Under the pieces are notes generated by a model. That model was not told where the DNA came from. It saw only the letters and a program-made list of their open reading frames with translations, and did no database searches. A stretch of DNA of 52,332 bases, from NCBI GenBank assembly GCA_944359095.1, contig CALVSS010000001.1, positions 1-52,332 on the forward strand, in the 5' to 3' direction. Below are positions 25,730-35,188 of the stretch, piece after piece. The position numbers and the translations under genes are program-made. The DNA is from an uncultured Bacilli bacterium. GTDB taxonomy: Bacteria; Bacillota_I; Bacilli_A; RF39; UBA660. Positions within the stretch are counted from its first letter, which is position 1. Each line of letters opens with the position of its first letter.

Positions 25730-27349
25730 ATGAAAAAAACATTTATTTTTGGTCATAAAAAGCCAGATTCTGATTCTGTTATGTCTGCTATAGGTCTTTC
25801 TTATTTGAAAAGAGAACTAGGGGAGAATACAGAACCAAGAATTTTAGGTAATGTGAATAAAGAGACAAAATATGCACTTGATTATTTTGGCTTAAAAGAA
25901 CCTCTTTATTTAAACGATGTGAAGTTACAACTTAAAGATGTAAATTATCACAAGGGGTTTTTCATTCAGGATACAGATTCCATTTATGATGGATATCAGA
26001 TGATGCTAAAAGAAGGATTAACAGGAATTCCAGTAGTTCAAAAAAAGAATACTTTTTTAGGACTAATTACAATTAAAGATTTATCTCATATTATAATTAA
26101 TGCTAATTTTGAAGAGTTATTTACTTCTTATAGTAATATTATGAGAGTATTAAAAGGAGAAGAAATCTTAAAATTTGATGATGATTTGGTTGGTAATATT
26201 ATTGTTGCTGCTTATCGTAGTACAACATTTATTAATAATGTTACTCTTACTCCTAATGATATTTTAATTGTTGGAGATCGTCATAGTGTTATTGAATATG
26301 CTGTAGAGTCTGGAGTTAAATTACTTATTATTTCTGGAGATTCAGAAATTAAAGAAAAGCATATTGAAATTGCCAGAAAGAATAAGGTAAATATTATTCG
26401 TACTCCATATGATTCTTATCATATAGCTAGACTTTTACCTCTTACAAATTATATTAAAACTATGATTCGTAGTTATAATCCAACAAAATTTGAGGAAAGT
26501 GAGTATGTAGATACCGTTTTAGATATTAATAATAAACTTAAACATACAAATTATCCAGTTGTTAATAAGAAGAATCAATGCTTAGGATTACTTAGAATTA
26601 CAGATTTAAATGATAAGAGTCCTAAAAATGTTATTTTGGTTGATCATAATGAAAAGCTTCAAAGTGTTGAAGGATTAGATGAAGCTAATATTTTAGAGAT
26701 TTTTGATCATCATAATTTAGGTAATATTACAACAAATACACCAATTAATTTTAGAAATATGGCTGTTGGTAGTACTTGTACGATTGTTTATACTTTATAT
26801 AAAGAACGTGGAGTAGAAATTCCTAAAGAAATTGCGGGTGCTTTACTTTCTGGTATTTTATCTGATACTTTGATTTTACGAAGTCCAACGGCAACGGATA
26901 AAGATAGAGAAGCTGTAATGGAACTTTCTAAAATAGCACAAGTTGATTATCAAGAGTATGGTATGAATATGTTAAAGGCTGGTACTTCTTTAGAAGGTAT
27001 GAGTAAAGAAGATGTATTATATAATGACTTTAAATTATATACTGTTAATGAGAAGACTTTTGCTATTGGACAATTCTTTACTATGAATTTTGAAGAAATG
27101 AAAAAAGAGTTAGATGGTTATGTTCATACTTTAGATGAAGTAGCAGAAGCTAATCACTATGATTTTGTAGCTTTATATGTAACAGATATTATATTAAATG
27201 GTAGTTATGTTATCTTTAATACTAAAGCACAAAATATTGTTGATGTAATTTATGGTAAAGAAAATCTTCCTGAGGGATATTTTGTTGAAAATTGTGTTTC
27301 TCGTAAAAAGCATGTTGTTCCTCTTATTATGGAAATATTTGAAAATTAA
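25730..27349 (+). CDS. family II (DHH) Mn-dependent inorganic pyrophosphatase with inserted CBS/DRTGG regulatory module
   Basis: DHH motifs GHKKPDSDS, VDHNE and IFDHHNLG, plus DHHA2-type LSGILSDTL. A ~250-aa insert between motifs gives the 540-aa CBS-PPase architecture. Confidence 0.85.
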   Translation: MKKTFIFGHKKPDSDSVMSAIGLSYLKRELGENTEPRILGNVNKETKYALDYFGLKEPLYLNDVKLQLKDVNYHKGFFIQDTDSIYDGYQMMLKEGLTGIPVVQKKNTFLGLITIKDLSHIIINANFEELFTSYSNIMRVLKGEEILKFDDDLVGNIIVAAYRSTTFINNVTLTPNDILIVGDRHSVIEYAVESGVKLLIISGDSEIKEKHIEIARKNKVNIIRTPYDSYHIARLLPLTNYIKTMIRSYNPTKFEESEYVDTVLDINNKLKHTNYPVVNKKNQCLGLLRITDLNDKSPKNVILVDHNEKLQSVEGLDEANILEIFDHHNLGNITTNTPINFRNMAVGSTCTIVYTLYKERGVEIPKEIAGALLSGILSDTLILRSPTATDKDREAVMELSKIAQVDYQEYGMNMLKAGTSLEGMSKEDVLYNDFKLYTVNEKTFAIGQFFTMNFEEMKKELDGYVHTLDEVAEANHYDFVALYVTDIILNGSYVIFNTKAQNIVDVIYGKENLPEGYFVENCVSRKKHVVPLIMEIFEN

Positions 27350-27369
27350 TTAAGGAGAATTATACGTTT

Positions 27370-28209
27370 ATGAAAAATAAAATAGTTTTAATGATTAAAG
27401 GGTTCTTGTTCGGTATTGCTAATATTATTCCTGGAGTTAGTGGAGGAACGTTAGCACTTACTATGGGGGTTTATGAAGATTTGATTGAGTCTATTAGTCA
27501 TTTCTTTAAAGATGTAAAAAAAAGTTTAAAATTTTTATGTGTTTTTGGTCTTGGAGCCATCTTATCTATTTTACTTATGAGTAAAGTAATCAGTCTTTCT
27601 TTAGATAAATTCCCATTTCCTACTACTTTATTTTTTGTAGGCTTAATTATAGGGGGTATTCCTTTATTAACTAGAAAGGTTCGTAAGAATAAAGTAAAAC
27701 CTTTTAATGTACTTTTATTCTTAATTACTTTTGGTGTTGTTATTGGTATGGCTTTTATGCAAGAAGGTAATAATGTCGTATCTTTATCTAATGTTACTCC
27801 TTGGATGATGTTTTTGTTATTTATTGTTGGAATGGTAGCAGCTGCGACTATGGTTATTCCTGGAGTTAGTGGATCTTTTGTATTAATGCTTTTAGGTTTT
27901 TATAAACCAGTTGTTAATACTGTTAGTCAATTAACTGATTTTTCAATGCTTGGTCATAATTTACTTGTTTTAGTTCCTTTTGGAATTGGTGTTTTATTGG
28001 GTATTGTATTGATTGCTAAATTAATTGAATTCTTATTTAATAAGTATGAATTATCTACTTATTATGCTATTTTAGGATTTTTAATTGCTAGTATCTTTAC
28101 TCTTTGTGCAACATTATTTGGAGTGGATTTTTCTAATATCGAAGTTGTTGTTGGAGTAGTATTATTTGTGATTGCCGCTGTTATTGGCTATAAGTTAGGA
28201 GATGCGTAA
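27370..28209 (+). CDS. DUF368-family polytopic membrane protein (candidate undecaprenyl-phosphate translocase family)
   Basis: Internal duplication with IIPGVSGGTLAL and VIPGVSGSFVLMLLG motifs, characteristic of DUF368. Its stop overlaps the uppP start codon. Confidence 0.75.
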   Translation: MKNKIVLMIKGFLFGIANIIPGVSGGTLALTMGVYEDLIESISHFFKDVKKSLKFLCVFGLGAILSILLMSKVISLSLDKFPFPTTLFFVGLIIGGIPLLTRKVRKNKVKPFNVLLFLITFGVVIGMAFMQEGNNVVSLSNVTPWMMFLLFIVGMVAAATMVIPGVSGSFVLMLLGFYKPVVNTVSQLTDFSMLGHNLLVLVPFGIGVLLGIVLIAKLIEFLFNKYELSTYYAILGFLIASIFTLCATLFGVDFSNIEVVVGVVLFVIAAVIGYKLGDA

Positions 28210-29024
28210 TGAATATTTTTGAAGTTTTTATTCTTGGATTTATTCAAGGAGTTGCTGAATTTTTACCAATATCTTCTTCAGCACATTTAATTATTTTTAG
28301 AGATGTTTTTGGTATTGGGGCAGGAATGAGTAGTAATATGGAACTTACTTTTGATATTGCTCTTCATTTTGGTACATTACTTGCTATTTTAGTTTTCTTC
28401 TTCTGGGATTTTATGAAAATGTTAGAAAAGGGATTTACTAAAGGAGTAAAAGATGATGATGGTAAACTTCTTTGGTATTTAGTTGCTGCTACGATTCCAG
28501 CGGCAATTGTGGGAGTTTTATTTGAAGATGTCATAGAAAATATGGTGCGCTCTAATTATGTTGTTATTGCACTTGCTCTTGCTATTATGGGTGTTATTAT
28601 TTATTTAGCTGATAAATATAGTAAACAAAGTAAAAATGTTAAACAAATGACTTTAAAAGATGCAATAATTATTGGTTGTAGTCAAGTCTTTGCTTTAATT
28701 CCTGGGTTTTCTCGTAGTGGTACGACGATTGCTACTGGTAGAATTTTAGGACTTGATCGTGAAAGTGCAGCTAAGTTTTCATTCTTCTTAAGTGCTCCTG
28801 TTGTTTTAGGGGCTGTGGTATTACAACTTATTAAAGGAAGTGTTTGGAGTGTTATTCTTGCTAATCTAAGTACCTTTATTTTTGGTATTTTAGTATCCTT
28901 TATTATTGGTCTTTTATGTATTAAGTATTTACTTAAGTATTTACAAAAACATAATTTTAAAATTTTTATGATTTACAGAGTATTATTAGCTATCGTTGTT
29001 TTAGTATATATATTTATAAGATAG
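28209..29024 (+). CDS. uppP: undecaprenyl-diphosphate phosphatase (BacA/UppP)
   Basis: LPISSSAHL and PGFSRSGTTI signature motifs. 271 aa with 8 TM segments. Confidence 0.95.
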   Translation: MNIFEVFILGFIQGVAEFLPISSSAHLIIFRDVFGIGAGMSSNMELTFDIALHFGTLLAILVFFFWDFMKMLEKGFTKGVKDDDGKLLWYLVAATIPAAIVGVLFEDVIENMVRSNYVVIALALAIMGVIIYLADKYSKQSKNVKQMTLKDAIIIGCSQVFALIPGFSRSGTTIATGRILGLDRESAAKFSFFLSAPVVLGAVVLQLIKGSVWSVILANLSTFIFGILVSFIIGLLCIKYLLKYLQKHNFKIFMIYRVLLAIVVLVYIFIR

Positions 29025-29033
29025 GTGAGATAG

Positions 29034-29789
29034 ATGAGAATTGAATGGATTGGATTATTAGTTACTTTATTACTTGGATTGTTTGTTTTGGTTGGAGCGA
29101 TGGTTGCTTTTCTAGCAAAAAAGAAAGGACAAATTACAGATTTTTCTTTAGGACTAGCTTTTAGTGTTATTATCATGTTAATTATTTTAGATTTGATTCC
29201 AGATATTATTGAACATTTAGGGCTTCGTTATATTTGGTTATTCTTTATTTTTGTTATTGTTGGTTATGGGATATTACGTGGTCTTGACTATTTTATTCCT
29301 GATCACCATGAAGATGCTCATATGACAAAGAATGAATCTAATAATAATTTAGCTCATATTGGTATTATTTCTTCTGTTGCTCTTATCATTCATAATGTTG
29401 TTGAAGGTATGGCTGTTTATTCTACGGTATTAAGTAGTGTTAGTACAGGATTAATTCTTGCTATTGGAATTGGTTTTCATAATTTACCTTTAGGTATGGT
29501 AATCGCAACTACTTTTTATCAAGGAAATCAGAAGAGTTATAAGGTTTGGTTATCTATCGGTGGTGTTGCGTTTTCTACTTTACTTGGTGGTATTTTATCC
29601 TTCTTTTTAAATAATCATATGGTTCCTGAAGCAGTACTTGGAAGTTTATTATCCCTTACTTTAGGAATGCTTATCTTCATTTTATTCTCTGAATTATTAC
29701 CTAGAATTCGTCATAGTAAATTTCATAAAGAAAGAAATATTGGACTTGCTATTGGTTTTCTTATTATGATGGTATCTTTACTTATTTAG
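29034..29789 (+). CDS. ZIP-family divalent metal transporter (ZupT-like)
   Basis: HNVVEGMAVY and GFHNLPLG motifs in TM4/TM5 and a His-rich loop (DHHEDAH). Confidence 0.8.
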   Translation: MRIEWIGLLVTLLLGLFVLVGAMVAFLAKKKGQITDFSLGLAFSVIIMLIILDLIPDIIEHLGLRYIWLFFIFVIVGYGILRGLDYFIPDHHEDAHMTKNESNNNLAHIGIISSVALIIHNVVEGMAVYSTVLSSVSTGLILAIGIGFHNLPLGMVIATTFYQGNQKSYKVWLSIGGVAFSTLLGGILSFFLNNHMVPEAVLGSLLSLTLGMLIFILFSELLPRIRHSKFHKERNIGLAIGFLIMMVSLLI

Positions 29790-29798
29790 GAGATTTCT

Positions 29799-30548
29799 AT
29801 GTTATATGTATTTAATTTTTGGTTTCTTTTATTTTTACTTTATTCATTTTTTGGATATATTGCAGAACTTATTTCGTGTAGTATAAGGCTAAAAAAGATT
29901 GTTTTAAACCGTGGCTTTTTAATAGGACCATATTTACCAATTTATGGTGTTGGTTCCTTAATTATGGTTTGGTTTTTATCTCGTTATGAAGATGATTTAT
30001 TAGTTTTATTTATTATGGGTGCATTTTATTGTACTTTACTTGAATATCTTACTAGTCTCATTATGGAAAAGATATTTAAACTTCGTTGGTGGGATTATTC
30101 TAATCGTAAATTAAATTTAAATGGACGAGTTTGCTTATCTAATGCTATTTTATTTGGTCTTGGTGGAATTGTTGTCGTTAGAATCATTCATCCATTTTTA
30201 TCATGGATTGTTTATTTATTACCTAATTATGTTACGATTTGGTTAGGAATTTTCTTATTTATTATTTTTGTTTTGGATGTAATTGAGTCTTGTTATATTA
30301 CAGCTAGACTTAAGATTAATTTTACAAAATATATGCATAAAGATGCAACATCTAAGGTTAAGCAAGAAGTTTTAGGGGCTATTCGTAAGAATACGTTATT
30401 AACTTCTCGTTTACTTAGAGCTTTCCCAAGTGCTACTTATAGTGCTAATAAGAAATTTAAAGAATTCTTAGAGTTATTTAATAATACTAAAAGAGATGTA
30501 AAAATACAAAAATTAAAAAAGAAAATTAAAAAAGAAAAAATGAAATAA
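29799..30548 (+). CDS. membrane protein of the 'putative ABC-transporter type IV' (DUF1113-like) family
   Basis: Polytopic N-terminal part (GYIAE...GPYLPIYGVGS...LEY...WWDYS) with a basic C-terminal tail. Assigned by motif memory only. Confidence 0.5.
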   Translation: MLYVFNFWFLLFLLYSFFGYIAELISCSIRLKKIVLNRGFLIGPYLPIYGVGSLIMVWFLSRYEDDLLVLFIMGAFYCTLLEYLTSLIMEKIFKLRWWDYSNRKLNLNGRVCLSNAILFGLGGIVVVRIIHPFLSWIVYLLPNYVTIWLGIFLFIIFVLDVIESCYITARLKINFTKYMHKDATSKVKQEVLGAIRKNTLLTSRLLRAFPSATYSANKKFKEFLELFNNTKRDVKIQKLKKKIKKEKMK

Positions 30549-30575
30549 CATCGATTATTATCGATGTTTTTTTGT
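30547..30575 (+). terminator. rho-independent terminator
   Basis: AACATCGAT (30547-30555) pairs with ATCGATGTT (30560-30568) and is followed by T7. Confidence 0.85.
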
Positions 30576-30611
30576 TTGTATGTTATACTATTATTATCAT
30601 AGGAGGTTAAT

Positions 30612-31982
30612 ATGAAGTATAAAGAGAATATTAATAAGAATATATTTAGAGGCTATGATATTAGAGGAATTTATCCTAGTGAATTAGACGAAGATACAGC
30701 ATATACTGTTGGTCTTGGCTTTGGTAGTTATATTCGAGAACTTGGTAAGAAAAAATGCGTTGTTGGACATGATAATAGATTAAGTAGCCCTATTTTATAT
30801 GAGGCATTAATTGAAGGAATTTTATCTACAGGAATTGATGTTATTTCTTTAGGATTATGTACGACTCCAATGTATTATTATGCTTGTATTCAATTAAAAG
30901 TATATAGTGGAGTAATGGTTACTGCTTCTCATAATCCAAAAGATGATAATGGTTTTAAATTTGCTTTTGATGAAAGAGGTAATTGTAAAGGTCAAGAAAT
31001 TCAAGACTTTTTAGCTTATATTTTAAAAAGAAAGTTTTATACTGGTCATGGTAGGGTGACATCTTATAATATTGTTCCAGAATATATGGAATTATTTAAA
31101 AATAGTCTTTCTTTTGGTAATCGTCGCGTTAAAGTTGTGATTGATCCTGGAAATGGTACAACAAGTATTATTGCTGAAAAATTATATCGAATGTTTCCTA
31201 TTGATTTAATTGTTATTAATGGGAAAAGCGATGGAAGTTTTCCTAATCATCATCCAGATCCTTGCGTTGAAGATAATTTAAAACAGTTGAAGGAAAAAGT
31301 AGTAGAAGTTAATGCGGATATTGGACTTGGTTTTGATGGCGACGGGGATCGTATGGGATTAGTTACTAATTCTGGTAGATTTTTACCTACAGATCTTTAT
31401 ATGATTTTAATTATTCGTGATATTATTTCTAAAGTAGATAAAAAAGAATTTTTATATGATGTTAAGTGTTCTAAAGCTTTAGAGGATGAAATTGAACGTT
31501 TGGGGGGAAAAGGTATTTGTTATCGTACGGGTAACTCTTATACAAAAGCAGCAGTTAGAGACTTTGACTTAGCTTTTGGTGGAGAGTTGTCTGGTCATGT
31601 TTATTTTAGAGATCGTTTTCCAGGCTTTGATTCTGGACTGTATGCTGGACTTCGTATGGTTGAGATTTTATCACATACAACAAAGAGTTTAGATGAACTT
31701 GCAGAAGGAATTCCTGTCTATTATTCTACTCCTGAATTAAAAATTGCCACTAATGATGATATTAAGTTTAGTATTATTCAGAAAGTTGCAGATTATGCTA
31801 AAAATTGTGGATATCATTATTTAGATATTGATGGGGTAAAGATTTTATTTGATGACGGCTGGGCTTTAGTTAGAGCTAGTAATACAGGGCCTAATATTAC
31901 AGTGAGGTTCGAAGCTAATACCAAGGACAGATTAGAAATAATAAAAAAGGAATTTATGGATTTATTAAATAGATTAATGTAA
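30612..31982 (+). CDS. phosphomannomutase/phosphoglucomutase (alpha-D-phosphohexomutase family)
   Basis: FRGYDIRG N-terminus, active-site TASHNPKDDNGFK, metal loop GFDGDGDR and sugar loop GGELSGH. Confidence 0.9.
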   Translation: MKYKENINKNIFRGYDIRGIYPSELDEDTAYTVGLGFGSYIRELGKKKCVVGHDNRLSSPILYEALIEGILSTGIDVISLGLCTTPMYYYACIQLKVYSGVMVTASHNPKDDNGFKFAFDERGNCKGQEIQDFLAYILKRKFYTGHGRVTSYNIVPEYMELFKNSLSFGNRRVKVVIDPGNGTTSIIAEKLYRMFPIDLIVINGKSDGSFPNHHPDPCVEDNLKQLKEKVVEVNADIGLGFDGDGDRMGLVTNSGRFLPTDLYMILIIRDIISKVDKKEFLYDVKCSKALEDEIERLGGKGICYRTGNSYTKAAVRDFDLAFGGELSGHVYFRDRFPGFDSGLYAGLRMVEILSHTTKSLDELAEGIPVYYSTPELKIATNDDIKFSIIQKVADYAKNCGYHYLDIDGVKILFDDGWALVRASNTGPNITVRFEANTKDRLEIIKKEFMDLLNRLM

Positions 31983-32031
31983 ATTGAAAAATGGTGAAAT
32001 GAAAAATATAATAATTTATTAAAGTAGTTAT

Positions 32032-32063
32032 ATACATAGTGGTTGACACTATGTATTTTTTTT
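32032..32063 (+). terminator. rho-independent terminator
   Basis: 10-bp stem ATACATAGTG (32032-32041) / CACTATGTAT (32047-32056) followed by T7. Confidence 0.85.
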
Positions 32064-32189
32064 CCTAATAATTTACTTGTTTCTATATTTTTAATATGAT
32101 ATATTTTTATTGACGTTTTCGAATATTGCATATGGTTTTCTTATGTGATTTTTTCGTGCTTCTTAGTTTTTATGGAATAAGGAGGTACT

Positions 32190-34220
32190 ATGGGAATATC
32201 TAAAATTGAATTTGATAAGGAAAAAATGATTCTTTCTAAGGTTAAAGATTTATTAGGAAGTACTTTAGAAGAATTAGGTCAGGATGTATATCAAGACGAA
32301 GAGGATTTTACTGAGTTTAAAAAAATGATGTGGGAAAATTCTAGTAGTTTTGATAGTGGTGAAAGAGAACAGGTAATGGCTGCTACTGATCAAGAGGCTG
32401 AGAGAATTTTACAAAGAAGAGCTTATTTCAAAAGATTGAATCAAATTAAAAATAAGCCTTATTTTGCATCTATTGTCTTTAAAGATAATTATGGTAAAGT
32501 TTGGAATATTTATATTTCTTTAACTTATTTAAAAGATAAAGATTTTAATAATATTTTATATGATTGGAGAAGTCCAATATGTAGTTTATTTTATGATTAT
32601 GAAGTTGGACCTTGTTTTTATGTAGCTCCTGAAGGAGAAATTCATGGAGAATTAAAGAGAAAAAGACAATATAAGATTGAAAATTGTGAATTGATTGGAG
32701 TTTTTGATAATTCATTAAATATCGACGATGAAGTTTTACAAGAAGTTTTAGCTAATGAATCTAGTGATAAAATGAAAAATGTTGTTAATACAATTCAACA
32801 AGAACAAAATCAGGTCATTCGTAATTTGGAAGACCATAATTTAATTGTTCAAGGAATTGCTGGTTCTGGTAAAACAACAGTTGCTTTACATAGAATTGCT
32901 TTTTTACTTTATCGTCTTAAAAATTTATCTAGTAATAATATTTTAATTTTTTCTCCTAATCCTATTTTTACAGAATATATTTCTGATGTTTTACCTTCAT
33001 TAGGAGAAAATAATACATTACAAACAACTTTTAATGATTATTTATCTTTTAGTATTACAGAATATAAAGATGTAGAAGCTTTTACTGATTTTGTTGCTAG
33101 ATACTATACTTATCAGGTGGCTAATGTAGAACTTATTCAATATAAACAAAGTGATGCTATTATTCGTGATGTTGATGCTTACTTAAAAGATTATGTTAGG
33201 AATGCTTGTTTTCTTGATTCCTTTGTTGAAGGAGAAATTCATAAAGTTGATCAAGATGAAATTAATCATTTACTTCATTATAAGTATGACCGCCTTCCTT
33301 TATTTGAAAGGGTAGAAGAGATTAGTAAAAGATTATCTGCTCAGTTTTATGAAGGAAGTGGTAAAAAGACTAGTACTTTTCGTAAATTATTAAAAGAACA
33401 TGCTAATTTTAAACGAGATTTTAAACAGATTTATAAAAGATTTTATTTAAGTCCTTATTGTAAAGTAAGTTTAACAGAAAGAGAAATTGATTCTTTTATT
33501 AAAAGAAAAGTTATTTATTATGAAGATGCTTTATTATTTAGTTATATGAAAGGGGTTTTGGATGGCTTTCCATATGAGAGTCAGATTAAACAAGTAGTTA
33601 TTGATGAAGCTCAAGACTATAATAAATTACAGTATATAATTATATCTCGTATTTTTGCTAAAGCAGATTTTACTATTTTGGGTGATGTTAATCAAAATAT
33701 TAATCCTTATTATCATTATCAATCTTTAGAGGAGTTATCTCCTTTATTTAAAAATGATAGTAAGTATATTGAACTTTTAAAAACTTATCGTTCTTCTCCT
33801 GAGATTATTGATTATACTAACAAAATATTAAATTTACATCATGTTAATGCTATTCGTAAAGATAATCATAAACCAGTTGTTTTTAGAAAAAAATTAGTAA
33901 ATTTAAAAGAACAGTTATTAGAAGATATTCATACTTTGACGCAGGAATATAGTAGTGTTGCGATTATTACAAAAGATGATCAGGAAGCAGTAAAACTTTA
34001 TCAATTAATTAAAGAGGATACTCCTGTTTCTTATATTAATTTAAATGTTAAAAACTTTAAGAGAGATTTAGTTTTACTTCCTGCTTATTTAGCCAAGGGT
34101 CTAGAATTTGATTCGGTTATATTGTATAATGATCGTAATAATTCTTATAGAGTAAATGAAAGAAATTTATTATATGTTGCTTGTACTAGAGCACAGCATG
34201 AACTTTATATTTATAATTAA
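32190..34220 (+). CDS. helD: HelD-type UvrD-family helicase (RNA polymerase recycling ATPase)
   Basis: The N-terminal region aligns by eye with B. subtilis HelD (KPYF..I.F...; LYDWRSPICSLFYDY; DDEVLQEVL...MKNVVNTIQQEQNQVIRN; Walker A GIAGSGKTTVALHRIAFLLYR). The C-terminal LLYVACTRAQHEL is also consistent. Confidence 0.85.
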   Translation: MGISKIEFDKEKMILSKVKDLLGSTLEELGQDVYQDEEDFTEFKKMMWENSSSFDSGEREQVMAATDQEAERILQRRAYFKRLNQIKNKPYFASIVFKDNYGKVWNIYISLTYLKDKDFNNILYDWRSPICSLFYDYEVGPCFYVAPEGEIHGELKRKRQYKIENCELIGVFDNSLNIDDEVLQEVLANESSDKMKNVVNTIQQEQNQVIRNLEDHNLIVQGIAGSGKTTVALHRIAFLLYRLKNLSSNNILIFSPNPIFTEYISDVLPSLGENNTLQTTFNDYLSFSITEYKDVEAFTDFVARYYTYQVANVELIQYKQSDAIIRDVDAYLKDYVRNACFLDSFVEGEIHKVDQDEINHLLHYKYDRLPLFERVEEISKRLSAQFYEGSGKKTSTFRKLLKEHANFKRDFKQIYKRFYLSPYCKVSLTEREIDSFIKRKVIYYEDALLFSYMKGVLDGFPYESQIKQVVIDEAQDYNKLQYIIISRIFAKADFTILGDVNQNINPYYHYQSLEELSPLFKNDSKYIELLKTYRSSPEIIDYTNKILNLHHVNAIRKDNHKPVVFRKKLVNLKEQLLEDIHTLTQEYSSVAIITKDDQEAVKLYQLIKEDTPVSYINLNVKNFKRDLVLLPAYLAKGLEFDSVILYNDRNNSYRVNERNLLYVACTRAQHELYIYN

Positions 34221-34232
34221 GGAGTGAGTGTT

Positions 34233-35150
34233 ATGTTTAAAGAATTTTTTTCCGGGGTTCAAGAAAAATATAAAAAAATGCAGGAAGAGGATGCTAAATA
34301 TCGGGAGTTATTGGAAAAAGCTACGGTTTTACCAGCTTTTTATTCTCTTCCTGAAATTGATAAGAAAAAAATAACGATAAGTCCTAAACTTTTATTGGAT
34401 TTATGTCCTGATTTAAATGAACAAGATGCTTTTATTATACGAGGAGTTATTCCTGTTGATGAAGTGTGTCTTCATTGTTTATATGCTACTGAGTGTAAAA
34501 CGGGAGTTAAATTTTATTTTGTTGCAACTACTAAATATTTGTGGTTGATTCATTCTAAGGGATATTTAAAATATCAATATGATGGATTTGTTCCCACTTT
34601 AATTAAGAGTAGTTTTATGAGTCAAACTTTTTGGATGGGGAATATGCTTTTTACTATTAATGGAGTTCAAGATAATATTCAACCTTTTATTATGTTGCTT
34701 CAAGATTCTAATTATCGAGTAGAAAAAATAAAAAAAGAGTTAGAAATCTTTTGTAATACAATACCAAGAATTTTTTATTTAAATTCCTTATCTTCTGGTA
34801 TTAGTATTGGAGTAAATAATGAGATTGTTTTTCATACTAAGAATTTTCATTATAAGTATTTCATTCAAGATATTGTAAATTATGAATTGTTACTTGATGA
34901 TATGATAGTAAGAGAGAAGAAAAGTCATCGTAAAACATCTCTTACTGCTAATAAGAATGGCTGCTACGAAATGGTTTTAAGAGTAACTACTAAAGATCAA
35001 CAGTTTATACTACCAATTATTGAAAAGACGGCATTTATGACAATGTATGCTTCTACTACAGAAGTTTTTAGACAAGGTAGGGGATTTGCTGATACTATTA
35101 TTAATGTATTAGATGATTTAGATGAGAAAATGTTAAATGGTACTTTGTGA
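34233..35150 (+). CDS. hypothetical protein, 305 aa (possibly tandem bacterial PH-like domains), tightly linked to helD
   Basis: ATG 34233 lies 9 nt after AGGAG and 13 nt after the helD stop. YLWLIHSKGYLKYQYDG and a second similar half suggest a duplicated small beta-rich domain. I recognise no confident family. Confidence 0.5.
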   Translation: MFKEFFSGVQEKYKKMQEEDAKYRELLEKATVLPAFYSLPEIDKKKITISPKLLLDLCPDLNEQDAFIIRGVIPVDEVCLHCLYATECKTGVKFYFVATTKYLWLIHSKGYLKYQYDGFVPTLIKSSFMSQTFWMGNMLFTINGVQDNIQPFIMLLQDSNYRVEKIKKELEIFCNTIPRIFYLNSLSSGISIGVNNEIVFHTKNFHYKYFIQDIVNYELLLDDMIVREKKSHRKTSLTANKNGCYEMVLRVTTKDQQFILPIIEKTAFMTMYASTTEVFRQGRGFADTIINVLDDLDEKMLNGTL

Positions 35151-35154
35151 CACA

Positions 35155-35188
35155 AAAAAAGCTTTTTTATAAAAGCTTTTATTTTTTT
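35155..35188. terminator. AU-rich bidirectional terminator between convergent genes
   Basis: GCTTTT (35161-35166) pairs with AAAAGC (35171-35176), flanked by A- and T-runs on both sides. The stem is weak. Confidence 0.5.
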
